Positions 1 through 8,242 of a DNA stretch of 51,715 nt are shown here, piece by piece; position 1 is the first letter of the stretch; the number at the start of each line of letters is the position of its first letter. The stretch is from Meiothermus sp. (GTDB lineage: Bacteria > Deinococcota > Deinococci > Deinococcales > Thermaceae). The notes beneath the pieces are model-generated. The model saw nothing but the letters and a program-made list of their open reading frames with translations, was not told the origin of the DNA and searched no databases. The DNA is taken from positions 1-51,715 of the forward strand of contig JANRLD010000113.1 in assembly GCA_033762915.1 (NCBI GenBank). Direction: 5' to 3'. The position numbers were made by a program, and so were the translations under genes.

Positions 1-82
1 TGTGTACAACACGCTGAGCAAGATGCGGGAGTAGCTCAGTTGTGTACAACACGCTGAGTAAATTGCGGGAGTAGCTCAGTTG
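1..82 (+). repeat. 40-bp tandem repeat containing the first 18 nt of tRNA-Gly (may continue beyond window start)
   Basis: 1-40 and 41-80 are identical except at 3 positions (19/59, 22/62, 23/63); GCGGGAGTAGCTCAGTTG occurs at 25-42 and again as the tRNA start at 65-82. Confidence 0.9.
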
Positions 83-140
83 GTAGAGCACAACCTTGCC
101 AAGGTTGGGGTCGCGGGTTCGAGTCCCGTCTCCCGCTCCA
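65..140 (+). tRNA. tRNA-Gly(GCC)
   Basis: 76 nt; GCGGGAG/CTCCCGC acceptor stem, D arm GCTCAGTTGGTAGAGC, anticodon loop TTGCCAA, GGTTCGAGTCC T arm, encoded CCA. Confidence 0.97.
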
Positions 141-148
141 AAGTTCAC

Positions 149-177
149 AACACCCCACCGAAGTGGGGTGTTTTTTT
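149..177 (+). terminator. Intrinsic terminator after tRNA-Gly
   Basis: AACACCCCAC-cgaa-GTGGGGTGTT hairpin followed by a T tract. Confidence 0.85.
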
Positions 178-186
178 GTTGATGAT

Positions 187-1545
187 TTATCCGATTCTTT
201 CAATTGCGAATCGCTGCAGAATTTTCGCGCTAGGATGATTTGATAAGGATACCAACTTGTTTGCTAAAGCTATAGGAATTAAGGAGTTGTCGTACATATC
301 ACACCGCAGTTTCTCGAGATAAGAAAGCACGATATGTAAATTGGGGTATTGGTCTGCTGATGCGGGTTCTGGCTTGCCTGGAAAATGAGTAGAAGGTAGT
401 GAGGCCACATATACTTGACTCTGAGTAGTTTTGAAGATTAGTTTTTTTCCATAGTAAGTTGTCCTTCCGTAGGGCTCCGCCTCATCGCCTCTGCCTGGGA
501 TGATGTACTTGTAAATGTAGTCATTATCAAGCAAAAGAACCATACCCTTGGGCAGTTTCTTGGCTACTTCATGGGCATGATCGACAAAAGCCCCGCTCTT
601 TTCCAGACCAGCCATAAAGATATTGTGGTGCTTCAATAGGAAGGCCACCAATTCCCGCATGGGTTTGTGTAAGTTTGCAGTTTGCCCGAAGAAAGCCAGT
701 GGCCCATCCTTGATGAAGAGAAACTTCTTCATCAGATCAGGCTTGGTCTTAAGCACTAGCCGTATCAAATGAGCTAAAACAAGCTGTTCAAGCGTTGTAG
801 TGAGATAGCCAAGTATCCCGCCGGCACCGAGCTCATCGTCAATTGCTTCGTGCAGCCGCATTACGTCAGTTATATAGATATCTTTCCCGCAATTAGAGCA
901 GATAAAAGTGTATTGGCGAGTTATTTGGGTGCGCTCGAGCAATAAGTTAGTGCCCTTTGGATCATCCTTACCACAGTAAGGACAAGAGGACAGCAGCCAC
1001 GTTGGTTTGGCTTGACCGAATTCTTCAAAGATGAGCCAACGAAGAGTCTCAGCAAAGGTTTCCTGCTCGTCCGGCTGGTGACAGCAAAACTCGTACAGGG
1101 CACGACGAATTGAATGGGTAAGTGTCGCCTCCCCACCGTAAGCAATATTCTTGACAGGTATTGCCAATTTCAGTCGTTGAATGTTTCGGAGTTTTGAAAT
1201 GTCGTCAGGGTCAATAAAGGGCTGGTGGTCAAGATTTTCCAAGTCTTTGACACTAAAAAACAGAGCTCCAAACTGAAAGAAAGCCATCGTAGCTGAGGGA
1301 AACTCTGCTTGAACGGTTACTTCCGTATATCCGCCATCTACGGCCACAATATGGGTGATAGGTGCTTCAGAGATTTCAAGGGGCACGTGTAGAGTTAATT
1401 TGTCAAGCTGGATCTCTTCAGCTCTTTTAGGTGTCTTGCATTGACCTAGAAACTTTTGCACGACAGGATCATTAATCACATAGCTGTGCGACGATTTGCT
1501 GGCTGCTTCATCGGGCCGCCGTCCAGTCTTGCTGCGATAAGCCAT
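187..1545 (-). CDS. NurA-family (RNase H-fold) nuclease with Zn-ribbon-like insertion
   Basis: VAVDGG, FIKDGPL, GLEKSG motifs and C-terminal IPIALANKLVSL; directly downstream of HerA; ATG at 1545 lies 1 nt after the HerA stop with GGAAGG upstream; CPYC...CSNC. Confidence 0.75.
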   Translation of the reverse strand: MAYRSKTGRRPDEAASKSSHSYVINDPVVQKFLGQCKTPKRAEEIQLDKLTLHVPLEISEAPITHIVAVDGGYTEVTVQAEFPSATMAFFQFGALFFSVKDLENLDHQPFIDPDDISKLRNIQRLKLAIPVKNIAYGGEATLTHSIRRALYEFCCHQPDEQETFAETLRWLIFEEFGQAKPTWLLSSCPYCGKDDPKGTNLLLERTQITRQYTFICSNCGKDIYITDVMRLHEAIDDELGAGGILGYLTTTLEQLVLAHLIRLVLKTKPDLMKKFLFIKDGPLAFFGQTANLHKPMRELVAFLLKHHNIFMAGLEKSGAFVDHAHEVAKKLPKGMVLLLDNDYIYKYIIPGRGDEAEPYGRTTYYGKKLIFKTTQSQVYVASLPSTHFPGKPEPASADQYPNLHIVLSYLEKLRCDMYDNSLIPIALANKLVSLSNHPSAKILQRFAIERIG

Positions 1546-1546
1546 A

Positions 1547-3595
1547 TCACACACCTTCCACTGTTGGCGTGGGGAAACGATCTATCTGGACAGGTACAAC
1601 AAATGGATTCGAATATGTCTTCATTCGCACAAAACCCTTATCGCTTTGTGCACTGAACCGCACCAATCCTTCTACAAAGTCGCCGTAATCGTAGTATTTG
1701 CGAATCTCTCTAGTCTCATCTTCATTATTGAGGTGCGCAACAAACCAATTCTGGGTGTTTTTGAGGATATTTGAGCTAATCGAGCTTACTTCTTGTGTCG
1801 CGTAGATCATGCCCAGATTTAATTTGGCTCCTTCTTTTGCGATTCGGTTATAGATTTGACTGAGATCTTTATCATCTTTTTTGGGGAATAGATTATGAGC
1901 TTCCTCGAAGTAGAATTGAATGAAATTGTTGGGAGTATTGTTGATGAATCTACTCATCGCATGGGCAAAAATTTGCCTACAGATACGCTCGGAGTACAAA
2001 CGTTGAATATCCGGATTTCCTTGTGACAAATCGACAATGACAATACCACCACCTTTCAAGTTTTCTATGATTTCTTCCTCAAACGGTTTTCCAGTTGTCT
2101 CCGTATGTTGTTCCTTCAAGCTACGAAGCTTGAGATAGCCGCTAACATCGGCACTTCCACTAGGTCTTCTTCTTCGAGACAAGAAAACTAGTATTGCCTT
2201 TAAGTCTTCATCCGCCCACTCATGACCGTTGTTAGCCTTATAGTCCTTTAGGAAAGGGAAAGTGTCGTAGTTCTGCCAGACTGTGTTGAACCATTCAGCT
2301 GCATCCCTCAAAGGGATTCCTTTGGAGGGATCAATACTACCGTCCTCTTTGAGAAGCTGATTGAGTTCTTTCTTGCCTTGAAACTTGATGATGGTTCCTT
2401 TAGGAACGGGTAGGCCGGCTTTGTACAGACAACATTGGTATGCCGCCACCTTTCGGTCATAGCGACTCTTAACAGAATGGTCAGTATCGTAGTCGCCAGG
2501 CTTCTCTAAATCAATGGATAAAAAAGATCGAATGTAGTCGCCTGTCTCTTCCGCTAGGTGTGATCGCACAAGCTCGAATCCAGAGTTTATCTCGGTATAG
2601 AAATTGACCTTCATAACCCTAAAACCATCTTTTTTTATGACGCTGTAGCGGGTTGTTGTATCCTCGAACAACTCATAGATAGCTGTGCCTTGGTCTTGCA
2701 TATTCGGGTTTGCATACTCCCCATTGATATCAAAAATGATCTGCCCTGTTGGATACTTGGGCATACCATTCTTGGCAAAGGGCTCAAGAATCTCCTCGGC
2801 AAATAGTGCTCCAGGTGTACCCTCGCCCATTTGATCTAAATTGTAAGGGGCCTTTTCGCTTATTCGGACAGTAGCTTCGATAATCTTTTTTACTGTGTTA
2901 GATTTACCAGTTCGGGTCATGCCGAATAATGCTGTGCGTTTACCTAAAAAATCTTGAGGTCGGACATAAACGGGGACGTTGGTATCTTGTTCTTGGAAGC
3001 GACGGCTTGAACTATAGCGCACAGCCCCAATTTTTATATCGCTAGGCTTACCGCTAATGTTACCCTCACGAAAGTTGACAATTGCCTCCAACACTTCAGG
3101 ATTGGGTTTGACAACGCTGTAGTGGTGAGCGCTATAAAAGTTCTCGACATCAGCTCCAAACTGATTGCTGGTTTTGCTGTCTTGATAAAACGTGCCAAGC
3201 ACTCGGCACTCGAGACCCGAAAAACTGAACTCATAGCGTGTAAAGCTGTCCAGCTGGCTTTGCTGACCTGAGGTACGAAGATTATCCTTGTAGTAATCAA
3301 TCATTGAGCTAATAACATCGTTGTCTGTCGGCAGCTTACAAGGTTTCAAAACACGCAAGAGAAGGGCTTCAGAAACGTCATCTTCGTTTTCGTAGTAGGC
3401 TAACAAAAACGAACCTTGTGGAATACCTTTCGCCTTGAGTTTCCAAGTATCAGCCACCAAGAGAAAAAGGCGATCGTAGTCAATGTAAAATGGGCGACCT
3501 ACGAATAATCCTGTACTGAACTTGCCATTATCTTCTCGAGCAAATAAATCTACCGAGGCGAGCTTAGTAATCGTATCTGTAAAAAAGCCACTCAC
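1547..3595 (-). CDS. HerA/FtsK-family ATPase (DUF87-type)
   Basis: Walker A GMTRTGKS, IFDINGEY, Walker B FYFEEAHN, YATQ; GTG start overlaps MTase stop (GTGA) with AGGAGGT RBS. Confidence 0.85.
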   Translation of the reverse strand: MSGFFTDTITKLASVDLFAREDNGKFSTGLFVGRPFYIDYDRLFLLVADTWKLKAKGIPQGSFLLAYYENEDDVSEALLLRVLKPCKLPTDNDVISSMIDYYKDNLRTSGQQSQLDSFTRYEFSFSGLECRVLGTFYQDSKTSNQFGADVENFYSAHHYSVVKPNPEVLEAIVNFREGNISGKPSDIKIGAVRYSSSRRFQEQDTNVPVYVRPQDFLGKRTALFGMTRTGKSNTVKKIIEATVRISEKAPYNLDQMGEGTPGALFAEEILEPFAKNGMPKYPTGQIIFDINGEYANPNMQDQGTAIYELFEDTTTRYSVIKKDGFRVMKVNFYTEINSGFELVRSHLAEETGDYIRSFLSIDLEKPGDYDTDHSVKSRYDRKVAAYQCCLYKAGLPVPKGTIIKFQGKKELNQLLKEDGSIDPSKGIPLRDAAEWFNTVWQNYDTFPFLKDYKANNGHEWADEDLKAILVFLSRRRRPSGSADVSGYLKLRSLKEQHTETTGKPFEEEIIENLKGGGIVIVDLSQGNPDIQRLYSERICRQIFAHAMSRFINNTPNNFIQFYFEEAHNLFPKKDDKDLSQIYNRIAKEGAKLNLGMIYATQEVSSISSNILKNTQNWFVAHLNNEDETREIRKYYDYGDFVEGLVRFSAQSDKGFVRMKTYSNPFVVPVQIDRFPTPTVEGV

Positions 3596-4590
3596 TTCGT
3601 ACCTCCTACCTTGTTTAGCGCGGGGTCTTCCAAACGAATTTCTGATTGTCTCGCATAATCTTCTTTCAAATCAATACCTATCCAGTTACGCCCTAGTAAC
3701 TGCGCTGTATAACCAGTTGTGTTACTTCCGGCAAACGGATCAAGAACTAAATCGCCAGGATCAGTCAATAGTTCAATGAAGAAGGCAGCTAAACCCATTT
3801 GCATTCGAGCTGGATGTGGCTTAATACCCAATTCACGACAGCGGCGCATGAAATAGCTATTGGAGTCGGTGTTGGATAGCCTTAAAACGTTTGGCAAACG
3901 AACTTCATCACCCTCAATGATTGGAGTTATCTCAAAAAAGTTGTGTGCGATGCTTCCACCGTGATCCTTAAGAAAACCTGTTTTGCTTATGTTATGTTCA
4001 GAAGGTCGGTTGCCTGAGTTATATGACTGTCGTTGTAGTAGCCTTTCCATGCTTTTGCTATAAGGTCGCAAGACCTTACTGTTATCAGCTTTAGGGAAAT
4101 CCGACTTTGCCATCCACCAAACATGGGTATAACTATCTGTGAGGCGAATACGCTTGACTGTCACCCATTGTGCAGGAGAAGGCAACCGAGAGGGATTGTA
4201 GCAAACAAATTGTTGACAAAGACGCAAATCAGCCGTTGAGTGCTTAAGAAAACCAATCAACGACTCGAGATGCAGTAATGACTGTACGGGGCGATTCGGT
4301 TCCCAGGCATTCCCCATTTCAATAACTATTGAGCCATCTGGGGTGAGAATATCTGCAAACATCGGTGCGAGAGAAGTAAGCCATGACTTAAATTTATCCC
4401 CATTCATATTGCCATAGCTCTTCTTGTTGTTCAGGGGAAACGGAGGCGAGGTAAGGATTAGTTGTACTCTCCCCTTAAGTTTTGACTTTAAGGAAGTACT
4501 TAGAAGTGACTTTGAATCACCAAGAAAGTACTTTCCTGATGTTGTTTTGTGGTGTAGTTTCGCTGTCTTTTGCGGCTTTTCTTTGAGCAC
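3592..4590 (-). CDS. Site-specific DNA methyltransferase, beta class, probably N4-cytosine (M.PvuII-like)
   Basis: Catalytic TSPPF N-terminal to HPARM and SAM-binding DPFAGSNTTG. Confidence 0.88.
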   Translation of the reverse strand: MLKEKPQKTAKLHHKTTSGKYFLGDSKSLLSTSLKSKLKGRVQLILTSPPFPLNNKKSYGNMNGDKFKSWLTSLAPMFADILTPDGSIVIEMGNAWEPNRPVQSLLHLESLIGFLKHSTADLRLCQQFVCYNPSRLPSPAQWVTVKRIRLTDSYTHVWWMAKSDFPKADNSKVLRPYSKSMERLLQRQSYNSGNRPSEHNISKTGFLKDHGGSIAHNFFEITPIIEGDEVRLPNVLRLSNTDSNSYFMRRCRELGIKPHPARMQMGLAAFFIELLTDPGDLVLDPFAGSNTTGYTAQLLGRNWIGIDLKEDYARQSEIRLEDPALNKVGGTK

Positions 4591-4797
4591 AAAACTATCA
4601 TATTCTGCGAACGTTGAATTTCAGTTGAATGTATTTCTGGCGCATTCTATTCACTTAAACTCATTCCTCGAGCCTCCACTTTAAGAAGCTTTTGCTTGTC
4701 GCTCGAACGGATTCGCTGAATAGTCGGTTTAATGCGGCTGGTGGTGGATACGACAAATCCTTGAGCCAACCTCAACTTCATCACCCAGGGTCCACTG

Positions 4798-4886
4798 CCC
4801 CTCATCCCAACCCTTCTCCCAGGGGGAGAAGGGCTTTTGTAGGCTAGAACCCCTCTCCTTCTGGGAGAGGGGCTGGGGGTGAGGGG
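4798..4886. repeat. Inverted pair of REP-like palindromic units
   Basis: CCCCTCATCCCAACCCTTCTCCCAGGGGGAGAAGGG (4798-4833) and the reverse-complement unit CCCCTCACCCCCAGCCCCTCTCCCAGAAGGAGAGGGG (4850-4886), each with an internal hairpin. Confidence 0.8.
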
Positions 4887-4910
4887 CCTTTGACTTCTAT
4901 AATTTGGTCA

Positions 4911-5315
4911 ATGAAGCAGCTTCCCGTGCTTCCGCCGCATTTGCTCGAGCTTTGTCGAGGTTTGCGTCGGGGGCAGACCCTTTCCGAAGAACGGCTTTGG
5001 AAACTATTGCGTGGGCGGCAACTCGGGGGCTTCAAGTTTCGCCGTCAACATGGGATACCCAACCCCGCGACCAATGGGGAATACGGCAATTTTATCTTGG
5101 ATTTTTACTGCCACGAAAAGAAACTGGCAATCGAATTGGATGGCGGCGGCCATGCCGAACCTGAACAAATAGCCTACGACCAGGCCCGCACCCAAGCCTT
5201 GAAGTCTCTGGGGATTGCCGAGATTCGTTTCTGGAACAGCGAGGTCTCGGAGAACCTCGAGGGGGTGCTCGAGGCCATCTGGAGCAAACTGCACGAACTC
5301 GACGGGGCGTCGTGA
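4911..5315 (+). CDS. DUF559/Vsr-like endonuclease domain protein
   Basis: EERLWKLLRGRQLGGFKFRRQH, FILDFYC, LAIELDGGGH, IRFWNSEV; TATAAT at 4898-4903 lies 7 nt before the ATG (leaderless). Confidence 0.88.
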   Translation: MKQLPVLPPHLLELCRGLRRGQTLSEERLWKLLRGRQLGGFKFRRQHGIPNPATNGEYGNFILDFYCHEKKLAIELDGGGHAEPEQIAYDQARTQALKSLGIAEIRFWNSEVSENLEGVLEAIWSKLHELDGAS

Positions 5316-5551
5316 GCCTCAACAACCGCTCGAATCTCCGCATTCGGCTCCCCGTCGCCGCTGTGCTCAAGGCCGAGCAGGCCAGCGGCAGGCTAACCGA
5401 TGGGGGTGCTGGGCTGTCCTGACCACCCCCCAGCATGGCATCAAGGTGCGGCCTCAGGGCGGGCCGGTGGCCCGGGTCGGACGGATTCTGGAGTGACGTC
5501 CCTCTCCCCCACCGCCTTTCTCAGGGGCCTGGCTGCTATCGTTGGGTTGCA

Positions 5552-6253
5552 ATGCGGCGCATTCCCCTAACCCCCTGGCTCGAGCACCTGCGCCAGCATC
5601 TGCCGCTGGCCCGCTCGGGCAACGACCCCGAAGGTGTGCATCAGGTGCGGGTGGCGGTACGGCGGCTGCGGGTCTGGCTCGAGCTGGGGGGTTACAAGAC
5701 CCTCGAGCCCGATCTGGCCTGGTTGGTACGGGGGGCCGGTGGGGTGCGGGACCTGGAGGTGCTGCTGGGAAGCCCGGACCTGCCCAAGGCGTTTCGGGGC
5801 TGGGCCGAAGGGCGCCTCGAGGAGGCGCGAGGGCAGCTCGTGCCGATGCTGGACAGCGGGCGGCTGGAGGGCGTGTTGCAGGCCCTGGACAACCTGCCCG
5901 CGCTCGAACCCCAGGCGGCCACAAAACGGCTCGAGCGGTTCGCCCGGCGCGTCGGGCGCCGCAAGTCCGGCTGGGAGCGGGAGGGCAGCCTGGAAAGCCT
6001 GCACGCCCTGCGCCGGGCCTTGCGCGGTCTGCGCTACGCAAGGGAGTGGCTCGAGCTGGACACCGGGGCGGTGAAGGAATTGCAGGAGTGCTTCGGGCAG
6101 GTGGGGGATTACAGCTTCATCCTGGAACACCTGGACGCCTTCGAGGCCGACGGAGGGAGGGTTGGCGCGGCGTACCGGCGGCGTCTGGTGGGTCGGCTCG
6201 AGGACGCCTTGCAAGCGGCCCGTCGGGTGTGGGCCAAGACCCTCGGAACCTGA
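5552..6253 (+). CDS. CHAD domain (polyphosphate-binding) protein
   Basis: DPEGVHQVRVAVRRLR, VRDLEV, LHALRRALRGLRY motifs. Confidence 0.85.
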   Translation: MRRIPLTPWLEHLRQHLPLARSGNDPEGVHQVRVAVRRLRVWLELGGYKTLEPDLAWLVRGAGGVRDLEVLLGSPDLPKAFRGWAEGRLEEARGQLVPMLDSGRLEGVLQALDNLPALEPQAATKRLERFARRVGRRKSGWEREGSLESLHALRRALRGLRYAREWLELDTGAVKELQECFGQVGDYSFILEHLDAFEADGGRVGAAYRRRLVGRLEDALQAARRVWAKTLGT

Positions 6254-6473
6254 CCCATTCGGGCCCCAGAGGGGCCTGCCCTCGGTTTTGTAACGCCAGC
6301 GGCCAAAACAAAAACTCAGGGGAAACCCGTCTGAGAAGCGGCAAACCGACTTTCTTGGGGCGAGAATGGGCCGAGGGCCGCGTGCTGATCAGTCACAGCC
6401 CAGTCGCTTTTGGTGTGCTACTGTGCAAAAAGGCGTACTCAGCCTGTAGTGCTTTGGTGTAGAGGACGAACCC

Positions 6474-7478
6474 ATGTCTGTCATTGTTCCTGACCAAGTG
6501 AACCATCGTAGGCGGGTGCTTTATGCTGCGCTAAGCCAGATCGTCGGGGACAAGGCCCGAGTAGACACCATCTTCGAGCTCTGCGACCCCCTGGTGCGCG
6601 AGGAGCACTTCCTGGCCTCCCGCATTGCCGAGTATGTGATGCGCACCGGGCTGTTGGGGGCCGACGAGCGCATCCCCCTGACCCGCGCCCTGATGCAGCA
6701 CATGAAGCTGAGCTACCAAGAGTTGCCCAAGTTCCCCAACGACCTGGTCCTGCAGACGGTGGGGGGCGTGATCAATCGAGAATTTGAGGCCGAGGCCCCC
6801 GCTGAATCGGTGGCGGCCATCAAGGCCGACATGGGCATTCGCCCCACCCTGGCCGACGAAGTCGCGGCGGGCAACGGCCCCGACCTGCGCGGCCTGCGGG
6901 CCGCCAAGCACGCCACCATTCTCGACGTAGACCCCATCTCGCTCAAGCGCATCGACGTCAAGCAGAACAACCCGCTCTTCCCCAACGCCCAGAAGCGCAA
7001 GCCCGAGACCGAGAAGCCCGGGGGCTTTTTCAACTTCAGCTTCTTCGGCCTCGACCTGGGCAAGCTGCTCCAGCGGCGGCCCAAGCATAAGGAGTACACC
7101 CCGGTGCGGGTAGCCCGCACCATCCACTCGATCTCCCCCAACGCCAAGGTCTTCCGCACGGTGGTTTCGGCGGTGGTAGAGGCCATCCAGGAGACCGCAC
7201 CCCAGTTCGAGCGGATGATCCTGGACATCGCCAACCAGAGCGCCCACAAGAGCCTGGTCCAGCCGGTGCTGCAGCCCTGGGTAGACGCCGGGCTGGCCCC
7301 CCCGGCCCTGGCCGCCAACCTGAGCCTGCCGCAGATGCGCGGCATCATCAACATCCTCTACCTGTGCGCCTGCCAGATCGTAGGCCCCCTCGAGGCCGAC
7401 CGCTTGGTCGCCGCCGCCATCAGCCAAGCCGAGGGCCTACCCGAGGCCGAAGAGTTCGACCCGCGCCAGTTGTTCTGA
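6474..7478 (+). CDS. Hypothetical protein
   Basis: 334-aa ORF with host-like GC3 codon bias, GAGG RBS and downstream terminator; no motif recognised. Confidence 0.75.
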   Translation: MSVIVPDQVNHRRRVLYAALSQIVGDKARVDTIFELCDPLVREEHFLASRIAEYVMRTGLLGADERIPLTRALMQHMKLSYQELPKFPNDLVLQTVGGVINREFEAEAPAESVAAIKADMGIRPTLADEVAAGNGPDLRGLRAAKHATILDVDPISLKRIDVKQNNPLFPNAQKRKPETEKPGGFFNFSFFGLDLGKLLQRRPKHKEYTPVRVARTIHSISPNAKVFRTVVSAVVEAIQETAPQFERMILDIANQSAHKSLVQPVLQPWVDAGLAPPALAANLSLPQMRGIINILYLCACQIVGPLEADRLVAAAISQAEGLPEAEEFDPRQLF

Positions 7479-7487
7479 ACCATTTAG

Positions 7488-7525
7488 AAAGGGGGCTCGA
7501 GCCAAACGCTCGAGTCCCCTTTTTT
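7488..7525 (+). terminator. Intrinsic terminator between convergent genes
   Basis: AAAGGGGGCTCGAGC-caaac-GCTCGAGTCCCCTTTTTT. Confidence 0.8.
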
Positions 7526-7572
7526 GTCCATCTACCGAGAGATGTACAATCTCTCGGTTCTACAAACAATCC

Positions 7573-8016
7573 TCAACCCTCGAGCACTTCCTCCTGCCAG
7601 ACCCCCTCGGGCTGGGCGATGCCGCCCGCCTCGAGGACGCTTTGTAGGTTGCGGTAGACGTAGACCCAGACCGTGTACTGGTCGTGAACTTCCCAGCCGT
7701 GATCCTCCAAGTCCCCAGTGTAGGCGGTGGCGATGACCCGGAAGTACTCCCCGCCCTCGTCCTCGAGTTCGTCCAGCAAGACGCAGGCTTGGTCGAGGTC
7801 GCGGAACCACTGTATCTCGCCGAAGACCCGGCCCACACCGGGGACGATGGAAGGGTAGGCGTAGGGTCGCTGGGACTGGCGGGGCATGTCGAAGAGGTCG
7901 AAGCCCTCGAGCCAGCCGCCGACCGCCTTCACCCAACCCGCCCGTTGGGCGACGGGAAAGTTACGCCCGCCCTGTTTGAGGGTGCCGTAAACAAAGACCG
8001 CCACCGGTTCGTGCAT
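7573..8016 (-). CDS. Gamma-glutamylcyclotransferase (AIG2-like) family protein
   Basis: VFVYGTLKQG, YP, VFGEI, LDELED motifs. Confidence 0.85.
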   Translation of the reverse strand: MHEPVAVFVYGTLKQGGRNFPVAQRAGWVKAVGGWLEGFDLFDMPRQSQRPYAYPSIVPGVGRVFGEIQWFRDLDQACVLLDELEDEGGEYFRVIATAYTGDLEDHGWEVHDQYTVWVYVYRNLQSVLEAGGIAQPEGVWQEEVLEG

Positions 8017-8242
8017 AACTCTAACGTTACCTTCTCTTCTCAGAAATCGCTGATACAAACGACCAAAAGGCGCGTAATGCGGGCCACGGACACGGATGGC
8101 GCTTAGCAAAACCAAATGCCCTAGTGGGCTGGAGTTGAGCCCGGCAGGGCGGCTTTGCAAAGGCGGCGGAGGGCATAGACATATTCCGGCCCAGGGCTTT
8201 CGCAGGGTTGAAACCCGCCGTAAGCCACCGGCGCACCGCACA

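Noticed and set aside
1..82. CRISPR array or Tn7-like end (TGT start)
   Set aside because: Units are near-identical over their full length with no unique spacers; no cas, tns or integrase genes in the window.
4591..5450. attR copy of the tRNA 3' end or an integrase closing the island
   Set aside because: No repeat of the tRNA-Gly 3' end and no recombinase motif found by eye.
6381..6400. Possible CRP site (…TCACA) upstream of the 334-aa gene
   Set aside because: Only one half-site matches; too weak to call.
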